Below, in pieces: positions 1 through 9,568 of a DNA stretch of 64,000 nucleotides. The notes beneath the pieces were generated by a model that saw only the letters and a list, made by a program, of their open reading frames with translations, was not told the DNA's origin and made no database searches. Numbering within the stretch: the first letter of the stretch is position 1; every line of letters starts with the position of its first letter. Origin of the DNA: Bdellovibrionota bacterium. GTDB taxonomy: Bacteria > Bdellovibrionota_C > UBA2361 > OMII01. A program made the translations under genes and the position numbers. The stretch covers positions 37,813-101,812 of the forward strand of contig JBIJBE010000007.1 in assembly GCA_044345405.1 (NCBI GenBank), given 5' to 3'.

Positions 1-138
1 GTAATGAGCCAACTTTTTCGATTGTTCCAATCGGTCCCGTACGAGGGTTCCCCATTGGCGCGAGCGCTGGCTCCAGCGCTCTCCGAGACTCCTCTTTTCA
101 GGTACCTGCGAGAGTGTGAGGAGCGTTTCGCGGTCTAG
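1..138 (+). CDS. Possible 3' end of an upstream gene (partial, unknown product)
   Basis: Open frame from position 1 (VMSQLFRLFQSVPYEGSPLARALAPALSETPLFRYLRECEERFAV) to TAG at 136-138; no recognisable motif. Confidence 0.35.
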   Translation, partial: VMSQLFRLFQSVPYEGSPLARALAPALSETPLFRYLRECEERFAV

Positions 139-298
139 CCTCAGCCCAAGATTGCGCTCTCATATCCCTCCAAGACGGCCACTCTCTTTGGAAACCTATA
201 AAAAAAGCCCCCATCCACATCACGGTGGCCGTTTCCCGTTGACCTCTCCGATAGGGTGTCCGATACTCCACCATCCTAGCATTTCGACGTAGCGCTCC

Positions 299-1723
299 AT
301 GGAAAAACTTCGACAGTATCGAGATAAGCAACGCAAGGAAGCTCCTCGATCAGCGCCTCCTGGCGGACGCGTTATGCCCCAGGCGCTTGAGGCTGAGGAA
401 TCAGTTCTCGGAGGCGTCCTCCTCGACAACCAGGCGATTAACATCTGTCTTGAGCGAATCCGTGCCGAGGATTTCTACAAAGCGAGCCATCAAACTATCT
501 TTGAGGCGATGGTTACGCTCGCCGACAAACGCGAGCCAATAGATATCATCACCCTTGGGCAGCAACTCCGGAACATGGGGCAGTTCGATAACATCGGTGG
601 CTCCACCATCCTATCCTATCTCGCCTCCTCAGTTCCGAACGCGGCGAACGTTGGATATTACGCGAAGGTCATCAAAGAGATGGCCATCCGACGTCGGATC
701 ATTCACGAGTCCACAGATATCATTAACTCCGCGTTCGAGCTTGAGGGTGACATCGAGGAGTTCATCGATGGTACCGAGCAACGAATCCTTGGAGTCTCCG
801 ACTTCAAAACGCAGGGAGCGTTCTCCCGTGTAAGCGACGTGGTTCAAGACTCCATTCGGCTCGTTGAGAAGCTGTACGATCAGAAGGAGCCGGTTACCGG
901 AGTTCCAAGCGGACTCATCAAGCTCGACAAGATGACCGCGGGCTTCCAGCCATCAGACCTCGTGATTGTTGCGGCTCGTCCAGCGATGGGTAAGACCGCT
1001 CTCGTTCTTGGATGGGCTCAATACTGCGGTATTCACTACCGAAAGCCCGTAGCGCTCTTCTCCCTTGAGATGTCGAAAGAGCAGCTCGTTCTCCGTATGT
1101 TGTGCAGCGAATCCCGCATCAGCAACTCAGCGGTTCGAACGGGAGAGCTCACCGAGCGAGACTTCGCTCGCATCGTGGATGGCGCGAGCCGCATATCGGA
1201 AGCGGACATCTTCATCGACGATACTCCGGCTCTCACCATTACCGAAGTTCGCGCGAAAGCTCGACGGCTTCACCGAGATCACCCACTCGGATTGGTGATC
1301 GTCGACTACCTCCAGCTCCTGCGAAGCCCGGCGTACAGCCACTCTCGAGAGCAAGAGATCTCCGACATATCGCGATCGCTCAAAGCTCTCGCCAAGGAGT
1401 TGAGCGTTCCCGTGGTAGCGCTCTCACAGCTCAACCGTTCCGTTGAGTCTCGCAACGACAAACGTCCGATGACCTCCGATCTTCGAGAATCGGGAGCTAT
1501 CGAGCAGGACGCGGACATCATCATGTTCATCTACCGAGACGAGGTGTACAACAAAGAGTCTCCAGATAAAGGTGTCGCCGAGATCATTATCGGTAAGCAA
1601 CGTAGTGGACCTACCGGAAGCCTCCGGGTCGCGTTCTCAGGCGAGTTCACGCGCTTCGACAATCTTGATGAGTCCGATATCACCATGATGGCGGCGAACG
1701 ACTCGGATCCTGACCCGTTCTAG
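299..1723 (+). CDS. dnaB: Replicative DNA helicase DnaB
   Basis: PQALEAEESVLG N-terminus, Walker A AARPAMGKT, FSLEM, IVDYLQL, ALSQLNR, DLRESGAIEQDAD; no intein. Confidence 0.98.
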   Translation: MEKLRQYRDKQRKEAPRSAPPGGRVMPQALEAEESVLGGVLLDNQAINICLERIRAEDFYKASHQTIFEAMVTLADKREPIDIITLGQQLRNMGQFDNIGGSTILSYLASSVPNAANVGYYAKVIKEMAIRRRIIHESTDIINSAFELEGDIEEFIDGTEQRILGVSDFKTQGAFSRVSDVVQDSIRLVEKLYDQKEPVTGVPSGLIKLDKMTAGFQPSDLVIVAARPAMGKTALVLGWAQYCGIHYRKPVALFSLEMSKEQLVLRMLCSESRISNSAVRTGELTERDFARIVDGASRISEADIFIDDTPALTITEVRAKARRLHRDHPLGLVIVDYLQLLRSPAYSHSREQEISDISRSLKALAKELSVPVVALSQLNRSVESRNDKRPMTSDLRESGAIEQDADIIMFIYRDEVYNKESPDKGVAEIIIGKQRSGPTGSLRVAFSGEFTRFDNLDESDITMMAANDSDPDPF

Positions 1724-1812
1724 CGCCCCGTTCAAAAAGTTCTCTCTCCAAACGACCGCGCCAACGCGGTCATATATTACAAAGGGCTTGGGAACCTTCT
1801 CGTAAGAATTTC

Positions 1813-1841
1813 GACCGCAAAGGACGCGAAGGACACAAAGC
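1813..1841 (+). repeat. Short 9-nt-periodic purine-rich repeat (CGCAAAGGA CGCGAAGGA CACAAAG)
   Basis: Seen directly between convergent dnaB and the TPR gene; related tracts at 23019-23163 and 46021-46058. Confidence 0.5.
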
Positions 1842-1856
1842 TTTTTTGGGCAGGCT

Positions 1857-2876
1857 TTACGAGCCCGCGCTAGTGGCCTTCACAAGTTCTTTTCGTAGCA
1901 CGGCCGGCCACATCACAAGCTCATAGGGTTGGCGCTCAGCGAATTGGATAGCTCCTTCTTTCAACTCTTCCATCTTCTCGTCAGACTCCCCTGTTGCCGC
2001 GGCATCAGGAGGCATATGCGTCTTCATGATCCACCACGCGGTGTTAATTTCTTGGGAAAGCTCGGGAGCCTGCGCGATTCGACCCACCGCGTTGTCTTCA
2101 GCCTCCAGCGCGGCCTTCATGTCGCCCTTCGCGAATAACGCCATACCCAACGCGTGAAACGAAGCGGCTTCTCCAGCGAGCGGCTTGTTAGCTTGAGTGA
2201 ACTCGATCGCTTGATCGAAGAGATTGAGCCCAACTAATAACCTCGCGTGGGCGGAAACCTGCGCTGGTGTGGGGGCTAACGCGAACGCCTCATACGAGTA
2301 ACACAACGCCTCCTGTTCATGTCCCGTCCCAAAAGCGACGTTGGAGATGGAGCGCGCGACCATAGCGGCTCGGGGGCCGTTACCAGCAGACTTGAAGATG
2401 GAGAACGCCTCCTTAAGTTTCATCTTGGCGACCTCATGCTGCCCTTGAGCTTCTCGCACGTCCGCGAGCACTTGAAGGTAGTGTGGATTCCTGGGTTCCT
2501 TCGCGAGAAGCGTCTCGAGCATCGAGAGCGCCTCATCGGTTTCACCCGATTGATTGATAATGACCGCCAGGTTAAATGCTATCCGATCGTTGGTGGGCTC
2601 AAGATAGTAGGCCTGACGAAGCCGCCCCTCCGCGTTAAAGAGCCTTCCATTGTTAGCGAACGAAAGCCCCTCACTCACCAATCCCGCGACGCGAAGGTCC
2701 TTACTCGACGCGAATACCTCCTCATCACCAGACGCGCCCCGTCGAGAGAGGGAAAAGGTGGTGTTGTCACGCGGGATGGCGCAGGCCGGAAGAAATACAA
2801 GAACGACCATCCACGGAAACGCCATTCGAAACCGCCCATGGCGGTGGTCCGTGACTAGTTTTGAGAGCCTTCGCAT
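1857..2876 (-). CDS. TPR-repeat putative lipoprotein (start may be 2825)
   Basis: Hydrophobic stretch ending LPAC (lipobox-like); helical TPR-like repeats (LEPTN..IAFNLA, LAKEPRNPHY); 10 bp downstream of the ubiA-like gene. Confidence 0.7.
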   Translation of the reverse strand: MRRLSKLVTDHRHGRFRMAFPWMVVLVFLPACAIPRDNTTFSLSRRGASGDEEVFASSKDLRVAGLVSEGLSFANNGRLFNAEGRLRQAYYLEPTNDRIAFNLAVIINQSGETDEALSMLETLLAKEPRNPHYLQVLADVREAQGQHEVAKMKLKEAFSIFKSAGNGPRAAMVARSISNVAFGTGHEQEALCYSYEAFALAPTPAQVSAHARLLVGLNLFDQAIEFTQANKPLAGEAASFHALGMALFAKGDMKAALEAEDNAVGRIAQAPELSQEINTAWWIMKTHMPPDAAATGESDEKMEELKEGAIQFAERQPYELVMWPAVLRKELVKATSAGS

Positions 2877-2886
2877 GGTGAGGAGG

Positions 2887-4338
2887 TTACCACTTGGCGC
2901 CCAAAAAGATAAGCGCCCCTATCGCCGCTACAGCATAGGTAACTTTATCGCGAAGCGCAAAGACCAAAGGATCGTCATGCACGAATCCTCTGCGAGCGAG
3001 CAACCAGATGCGACTGATCCAGTAGAGTAGGAGTGGACACGCCATCCAAATAACGGTCGGACTCGCGTACAGCTCCGCGACCTCCTTACCACTCACGTAG
3101 AGGGCGAGGACCAACACGGCGATATATCCACTCGCGGTTCCGAACGAGGCAACCTGCTCCATATCGCTCACGGCGTATCCCCTACCCCAGGTGCGGTGTT
3201 CCTTTCGCTGTTGGAGAACTAACAACTCAGAGAAGCGCTTTACACAGGCGAGGCTGAAAAAGATGAACATTGAGAGTCCCAAGAGCCATTGGGAGAGATG
3301 CACCCCGGTCGCTATGCCACCACCAACGATACGGATGGTGTAGAGGATCGCGAGCAAGATCACGTCAACCAACGCCAAAGCTTTAAGTCGGTAAGAGTAC
3401 GCCGAGGTTAGTATCAAGTAGATTCCGAGCACGACTGAGAATTCGGGCTGAATCGCGAACGCTACCGCGAACGCCGCCAGAAAGAGCAGCGGCGCGAGTG
3501 TCAGCGCGTAGGACAGCGGAAAAACTCCGGACGCGCATGGACGTTTCTTTTTACGGGGATGCCGTCGATCTGCCTCAAGATCAAGGAGGTCATTGAGAAG
3601 ATATACACCCGAGGCGCACAATGAGAAGGCAAGTGCGGAGGCTCCCGCGATGAGCCATCCCTGGAAATTAAATACTTGATGCGCGAGAACCAAAGGAGCG
3701 AATACGAGGACGTTCTTCAGCCACTGATGCATCCGCAACGCTCGCAAGAAAACCTTGTAGGTACACGGCTCTTTCTCAAGAATGACCGCGTTGGGATATC
3801 GATTCTTAACCCTGGCGGTGAAACTCGGGCTGGACGATACGCACACCACATGAGCGGCTTCGCGCCACACATCAAAGTCCGCGTTAGAATCCCCTATGTA
3901 TTCCCACGAGGAGTCCCCCACTACCTCGCGAATGGCGGTAGCCTTCGCGCTCCCTTTACGATTTAACGCGCCGTTGGAGCCGATAACCCCACTCACAAAA
4001 TCGAATTGATCCGCCAGGCGCTCAACGAGCCGAGTATCAGAGGCTGAGGCCAACATCACGCGTTGTCCAGACTCAGCGGCGGCGCGAAGATACGAAACCA
4101 CAGAGGCGTTCATCGGCAGAAGCTCAACAGAGAGCCCCGCGGATCGCTCGGCGAGCTGTTGCTTAAGATACGCTCTCCCTCGAAGTAACCAGAACGGCAC
4201 GAACAGGAGTATCCAGATGTCCTGCTTCACCGCGAAGAGAAGCGATTCATACAAGAGGTCGGTCGCGATGACAGACCCATCGACATCCGCGCAGACGACA
4301 CTCGGTTTTTCGGAACGTTTCAAACTCTCACCATGCAT
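2887..4338 (-). CDS. HAD-like domain fused to a UbiA prenyltransferase (decaprenyl-phosphate phosphoribosyltransferase-like)
   Basis: N-terminal DVDGS HAD motif and YIGDS; UbiA motifs RMHQWLKN and YLLNDLLDLEADRRHPRKKKRP; C-terminal HDDPLVFALRD; many TM helices. Confidence 0.92.
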   Translation of the reverse strand: MHGESLKRSEKPSVVCADVDGSVIATDLLYESLLFAVKQDIWILLFVPFWLLRGRAYLKQQLAERSAGLSVELLPMNASVVSYLRAAAESGQRVMLASASDTRLVERLADQFDFVSGVIGSNGALNRKGSAKATAIREVVGDSSWEYIGDSNADFDVWREAAHVVCVSSSPSFTARVKNRYPNAVILEKEPCTYKVFLRALRMHQWLKNVLVFAPLVLAHQVFNFQGWLIAGASALAFSLCASGVYLLNDLLDLEADRRHPRKKKRPCASGVFPLSYALTLAPLLFLAAFAVAFAIQPEFSVVLGIYLILTSAYSYRLKALALVDVILLAILYTIRIVGGGIATGVHLSQWLLGLSMFIFFSLACVKRFSELLVLQQRKEHRTWGRGYAVSDMEQVASFGTASGYIAVLVLALYVSGKEVAELYASPTVIWMACPLLLYWISRIWLLARRGFVHDDPLVFALRDKVTYAVAAIGALIFLGAKW

Positions 4339-4795
4339 ACGAAACTTCTATCGCAAGGAGCACCAACTGTCGTCCCCACACCTCATCAGGGTGCGTGGCC
4401 CGGCACTCCAAGGATCCTCTGCAATGAGTATCCTTATTCATTAAACGGGCACTCATCCAAAACACCGTTCACAGATATCCCGCGTTCAGAAAGCCCTATA
4501 AGTTTAGAGTCTTCGAGGTCTTGAAACGGCTCATCAAGTTGGCGGAAACCTATTCCGTCCTGGCAATCCGCCCCATTTTGTCTCAGCGATGACCACATCC
4601 CTCCTTGCGTCCGAGCATCCACTCCGCAGCGCAACCACGTTCTAAAAGCGCAAGGCCTTCACATCGATTGCCAGAGCCCAGGACGCCGTTTATCTTCTCA
4701 AGATCCCTCTTTTACCGTAGTTTTGGTGGGTCCCTGGAACGAGCTTTGGAATCTAAGCTAGAGGCGATACATACCTGGTTTTGAAAGGTGTTCAC

Positions 4796-6100
4796 GTGAG
4801 ACGTTACGAGTCCTGGGGGCGATACCCAAAAATACGAGACCAACAAGTGTTGCGGATATCATCCGTGAAGGGACCAATCCCCCTTCCCGATGATGAGCGC
4901 ACCGTGCTTCCGTACGGACTCGGGCGAAGCTACGGAGATAGCTGCCTCAACGATACGAACGCGATTATCGACACATCCGCGCTTTCTCATTTCATCGCTT
5001 TTGACCCGAGTACGGGAATCCTGCGGGCGGAGAGCGGTGTAAGTCTCGCGACAATTCTCAACGTATTCGTGCCGAAGGGGTGGTTCCTTCCCGTAACTCC
5101 AGGAACCAAGTTCGTTACCCTCGGAGGAGCGATCGCTAATGATATTCACGGCAAGAATCACCACCGCGCCGGAACGTTCGGCCGTCACGTCACACAATTT
5201 GGATTACTTCGCTCGACGGGAGAGCACCTTACCTGCTCCCCGACACAGAATACCGATCTTTTTAGAGCCACGATCGGAGGTCTCGGACTCACTGGGCTTA
5301 TATCGTGGGTTGAGATCAAGCTGATACCGATCAAGTCACCGTATCTTGATACCCGCACCATCAAGTTTCGAAACCTCGATGAATTTGTGGAGATCTCGCG
5401 CGAAAACGATCCGATCTACGACTACAGCGTCTCCTGGGTAGATTGCACGACTGAGGGCGATCAACTTGGTCGGGGGCTTTTCATGGCGGGAAATTTCTCC
5501 GAGCGCACAAAGTCCCGAAAGCCGAGGTCGCTCGCTATCCCATTTCCATGCCAGGCTCCCTCCTGGCTTCTCAATTCGTATTTCATGAGAAGCTTCAACA
5601 CCCTCTACTACAACAAGCAGCTCAGCCGAACCGTTGACGCGCTCACGCACTACGAGCCCTTCTTTTATCCACTCGACGCGATTCTGAGCTGGAACCGAAT
5701 GTACGGGTCCAGGGGATTTTTTCAGTATCAATTCGTTGTTCCCTTCGACGCGAAGGGAGAGACAATCAAAGAGATCTTCCGGCGAATCACTCGGTCGAAG
5801 AGAGCATCCTTCTTGGCGATCCTAAAGACCTTCGGAGACCTTGAATCACCAGGTATCATGTCATTTCCAAGAAAGGGGATAACGTTAGCCCTCGACTTCC
5901 CGAACGATGGCGCTCCAACGCTCGCGCTCATGGCGGAATTGGATACGATAGTTCTCGCCGCGGGAGGATCGATCTACCCAGCCAAAGACGCGCGGATGAG
6001 TCGTGAGGCGTTCATCGCGTCGCATCCTCGACTCGCTGAGTTCGAGCCACATATCGATCCGCGATTCTCCTCTAACCTCTGGCGTCGAGTAGGAAATTAA
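4796..6100 (+). CDS. FAD-binding oxidoreductase, DprE1-like (decaprenylphosphoryl-ribose oxidase); GTG start at 4796 preferred over TTG 4781
   Basis: GLGRSYGD, VTPGTKFVTLGGAIANDIHGKNHH, GGLGLTG, FQYQFVVP, YPAKDARM; AAAGGTG RBS before 4796. Confidence 0.92.
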   Translation: MRRYESWGRYPKIRDQQVLRISSVKGPIPLPDDERTVLPYGLGRSYGDSCLNDTNAIIDTSALSHFIAFDPSTGILRAESGVSLATILNVFVPKGWFLPVTPGTKFVTLGGAIANDIHGKNHHRAGTFGRHVTQFGLLRSTGEHLTCSPTQNTDLFRATIGGLGLTGLISWVEIKLIPIKSPYLDTRTIKFRNLDEFVEISRENDPIYDYSVSWVDCTTEGDQLGRGLFMAGNFSERTKSRKPRSLAIPFPCQAPSWLLNSYFMRSFNTLYYNKQLSRTVDALTHYEPFFYPLDAILSWNRMYGSRGFFQYQFVVPFDAKGETIKEIFRRITRSKRASFLAILKTFGDLESPGIMSFPRKGITLALDFPNDGAPTLALMAELDTIVLAAGGSIYPAKDARMSREAFIASHPRLAEFEPHIDPRFSSNLWRRVGN

Positions 6101-6840
6101 TGATGAAAAAGATTGTTATTATTGGAGCAACTTCCGCTGTAGCGACTGAAACCGCTCGATGCTTCGCGCTTGAGGGAGCTGAACTGTTTATCACTGGGCG
6201 ATCGGAGGACAAACTGGAGCGACTCGCGAACGACCTTCGGTGTCGAGGCGCTGCCGCGGTTCACACCGGACTCTTCAACGCCCGCGATCTGGCGTCTCAC
6301 GATCAGCTCTTGGAGAACGCGTTCCACAAACTCGGCGAGATAGACGCGGCGCTGATCGCGCACGGGGACCTCCCAAATCAAGCTGAATGCCAACGAGCGT
6401 GGGTTGAAACTGAGCGAGCTCTTGAGACGAACTTTTTGAGTCCGGTGGCGTTTCTCACCTGGCTCGCGAACTATTTCGAAACTCGCGGAAAGGGAAACAT
6501 CACCGTCATATCTTCGGTCGCCGGCGACCGAGGGCGGCAAAGCAACTACATCTATGGCTCCGCGAAAGGAGCGCTCACCGTGTTCCTCCAAGGACTCCGA
6601 AATCGACTCGCGCCACGAGGTGTATCAGTGACCACAATCAAACCGGGCTTTATCGACACCCCAATGACCGCGGAGATCAAGAAAGGCCCCCTTTTCGCCT
6701 CGGCGGAGCTGGTTGGAAAGCGGATTCACAAAGCGATGACGAAGGGAGAATCGGTTGTCTATACCCCGTTCTTCTGGCGGTTCATTATGCTCATTATTAT
6801 CCATATCCCTGAGTTCATCTTTAAGAAGCTGAAGCTTTAG
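6100..6840 (+). CDS. SDR oxidoreductase, DprE2-like (2-keto-ribose reductase)
   Basis: GATSAVA, SSVAGDRGRQSNYIYGSAK (YxxxK), KPGFIDTPMT; start overlaps the dprE1-like stop. Confidence 0.92.
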   Translation: MMKKIVIIGATSAVATETARCFALEGAELFITGRSEDKLERLANDLRCRGAAAVHTGLFNARDLASHDQLLENAFHKLGEIDAALIAHGDLPNQAECQRAWVETERALETNFLSPVAFLTWLANYFETRGKGNITVISSVAGDRGRQSNYIYGSAKGALTVFLQGLRNRLAPRGVSVTTIKPGFIDTPMTAEIKKGPLFASAELVGKRIHKAMTKGESVVYTPFFWRFIMLIIIHIPEFIFKKLKL

Positions 6841-6855
6841 GATAAGGGCATAGAA

Positions 6856-8889
6856 ATGGAGCGGTTCAAAAGCCTCGCGAGAGCATCCGAATCCGCGCCT
6901 TCGCCCGTTACAGATTCAGCGCTTCACTATCGACCCGATATCGATGGCCTACGAGCTGTGGCCGTAATCGCGACGATGTGGTTTCACTTCGCCCCCTCGA
7001 CTCTTCCCGGTGGATTTATTGGGGTGGATATCTTCTTTGTAATCTCAGGCTACCTCATCACTGGAGTCATCGGAACGGAGTTGTCGAACGGCTCATTTTC
7101 CTTTGGTCGATTCTATGCTCGCCGCATAAAGCGAATTCTGCCCGCTTTATGCCTTGTTCTCGTCACAGTCGCTGCCCTTGGATGGATACTTCTCCTTGCA
7201 GATGAATATACAGACCTCGGCAAACAGATTCTCGCCGCGGGAGGATTCTCCTCTAACATCCTTCTTATGGTTGAAACGGGGTATTTCAACCCCATATCCG
7301 AGAACATGCCGCTTCGACATCTCTGGTCGATCGGTGTCGAAGAACAGTTCTATATCGCGTGGCCCCTCATCCTCGTTCTCTGTTGGCGCGCTCGCTGGCG
7401 ACTTGTTTCAATAACGACACTCCTTGGCTTGTGCTCACTCGCGCTTAGCCTGTGGATCTCGCCTCACGATGGTGTTGCCGCCTTCTATTCGCCACTCACG
7501 CGTCTATGGGAACTCCTTGCGGGGGCCGGGTTATCGCTCTATCACCAGTGCTCGCGACCTACGGAAAAGGATCGCCCGTCCACGCTTTTCGGCGTCTCAC
7601 GCATCCTTTTTATTCTCGGCTGCGCGTTACTGATCGCCGGCTTCGTATTCATTCATCCCTTTGATCCGTTCCCGGGTTGGCGAGCGCTCATTCCCGTCAT
7701 TGGCGCGGGGCTTATTATCGCGGCTCGCACACCGAGTCGCGCGCACAACTATCTCCTCGAAAATCCCCTCATGGTAGGTATCGGATTAATAAGCTACCCG
7801 CTCTATTTGTGGCATTGGCCTCTCTTTTCGTACGCCACTATCCTCTCCTCAGGCGAACCATCCGCGCAGGTAAGGTGGCTTGTCCTCGGCGCTACGATTA
7901 CGCTCTCCGTCGCGACCTACTATTGTTGCGAGATACCGATTCGTCGAGGTCGAGCTCGTCTATGGAAAGTTGTCGCTCCCCTTCTTTCGCTAGCGGCTGT
8001 CAGTGCCTTTGGTGGATCGGTATATCTTGCTAACGGTTTTCCACATAGACCCGCTGCTCTTCCTGTGTCCACAGCAGGTTTAGCGGCGACCTACGCTGGT
8101 TCATGCGCCGCTCTCACTCAAGACCCAACCTACCCGGATGATTGGTGCTATCCATTCCTTTCGCAACATCCTGCATCTGTGCTTCTTCTGGGGGATAGCC
8201 TCTCAGCACCGTACTCGGCGATGCTCACGGAGCTTGCCAGGACTCATCCCTTCTCTTTTAAACAATTCGCGCGAGGACAATGCACCGCGCTGTTGAACTA
8301 CGGCCCCTCACCGTGCCGAGAATTACTAGATAAGGTGCTACATCAGGACTTCATCAAGGACGTCACCACAGTCATTCTGGCCCTCGATTGGCGCGCGTAC
8401 GTACACGGCAAACACTATCTAGCGTTCAAGAACGCTCCTGACGATACGGCGGAGTCCTTCGCTATCGCTCTCCGAACAACGCTGGATTATTGGGAGAAGC
8501 TCGGGAAGCGTGTTGTAATCTTTTATAGCCCACCACAAGGGATGAACGTCGAGGCGTGCAAACCACGACCCTTCAGCATTACCGATCCGACCTCGTGTCG
8601 GTATACCCGTCGCCAAGCGGAGGCGCGAGACGCGGATTACCGTCTTAGACTTGCTGAGATCATCGGCCAGCGATCGCATCTTCGGTATTTCGATCCCGTT
8701 CCATCTCTTTGCGCGGACACCACCTGCATGGTGACGCACGGGGCCGAGTACATGTACCGCGATACCGTGAGGAGCGAGACAGATCCCCCATTTATTTGGA
8801 ATCATCTGAGCCAATACGGAGCCGAGTATCTGGCCCGGGCCAGTAGGAATCAACTCATCAAAGTCATCGGTCCTCGTGAGGAGCGTTGA
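6856..8889 (+). CDS. Acyltransferase-3 + SGNH domain O-acyltransferase (OafA-like)
   Basis: YRPDIDGLRAVAV, GGFIGVDIFFVISGYLIT, HLWSIGVEEQFY, GLISYPLYLWHWP; periplasmic GDS motif. Confidence 0.93.
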   Translation: MERFKSLARASESAPSPVTDSALHYRPDIDGLRAVAVIATMWFHFAPSTLPGGFIGVDIFFVISGYLITGVIGTELSNGSFSFGRFYARRIKRILPALCLVLVTVAALGWILLLADEYTDLGKQILAAGGFSSNILLMVETGYFNPISENMPLRHLWSIGVEEQFYIAWPLILVLCWRARWRLVSITTLLGLCSLALSLWISPHDGVAAFYSPLTRLWELLAGAGLSLYHQCSRPTEKDRPSTLFGVSRILFILGCALLIAGFVFIHPFDPFPGWRALIPVIGAGLIIAARTPSRAHNYLLENPLMVGIGLISYPLYLWHWPLFSYATILSSGEPSAQVRWLVLGATITLSVATYYCCEIPIRRGRARLWKVVAPLLSLAAVSAFGGSVYLANGFPHRPAALPVSTAGLAATYAGSCAALTQDPTYPDDWCYPFLSQHPASVLLLGDSLSAPYSAMLTELARTHPFSFKQFARGQCTALLNYGPSPCRELLDKVLHQDFIKDVTTVILALDWRAYVHGKHYLAFKNAPDDTAESFAIALRTTLDYWEKLGKRVVIFYSPPQGMNVEACKPRPFSITDPTSCRYTRRQAEARDADYRLRLAEIIGQRSHLRYFDPVPSLCADTTCMVTHGAEYMYRDTVRSETDPPFIWNHLSQYGAEYLARASRNQLIKVIGPREER

Positions 8890-9045
8890 CGCGATTCAAA
8901 GTTGCGCGAAAAGAGAGCTCGGACCGCGGATAGACACGCATGTGCACCACCGCAGGGGGCCGTCATCGACGGTCGATCCTCACCGCTCGCGCAAAAGAGA
9001 ACTGGAGTCCCCAAGGTTGGCTGAGAAGAGAAAGAAACAATCTCT

Positions 9046-9393
9046 CTACAAATCTGTATACTTCTTATTACTCCCCTTCGCTTTCTCAAGGGGATACTTC
9101 TCTTCATTCCGAGCCATTTTGCGCTCGAACGCGGCTTCCAGATCGACACCGCTGTCGTGCGCCATCAAGAGGGTCCAGTAGAGAACATCGGAGAGTTCAT
9201 CACCGATTCGCTCTTTAAGACTCTCAAGCTTTGCCGCTACCTCAGAGTCATTTTTGAATTGAAAGATTTCGCCTACCTCGCCCGCCTCAAGCATCAACGA
9301 GAGCGCGATATCTTTGAGGCCGTGGAACTGCTTCCAATCTCGGGCATCACGGAATGAGACGATGTGGTGGGTGATCTCTTGTAGATTTTTCAT
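9046..9393 (-). CDS. MazG-like nucleotide pyrophosphohydrolase (dCTP pyrophosphatase-like)
   Basis: FRDARDWKQFH, EAGEVGEIFQ, DELSDV, NEEKYP, KKYTDL; AAGGAG RBS before ATG 9393. Confidence 0.9.
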   Translation of the reverse strand: MKNLQEITHHIVSFRDARDWKQFHGLKDIALSLMLEAGEVGEIFQFKNDSEVAAKLESLKERIGDELSDVLYWTLLMAHDSGVDLEAAFERKMARNEEKYPLEKAKGSNKKYTDL

Positions 9394-9568
9394 GACTCTC
9401 CTTGAGCAACGCTCGAAGGCTACTACGGAGACTATCTCTTTTCCACGTTCTTGAGAGGACCTCACATTGGCTGATTACGGCTACCGGATTGCCTATCCAC
9501 TTGATCTCGGGTTACCAGGCTCCCACTATTATATTGTTTGAGCCCATCGGGGATGCTCTAATAAAGGG

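Noticed and set aside
299-1723. Intein or phage origin for dnaB
   Set aside because: Normal length, continuous motifs and no phage genes nearby.
9046-9393. MazG-like gene as part of an anti-phage or toxin-antitoxin system
   Set aside because: Stand-alone housecleaning-type pyrophosphatase with no defence-like neighbours.
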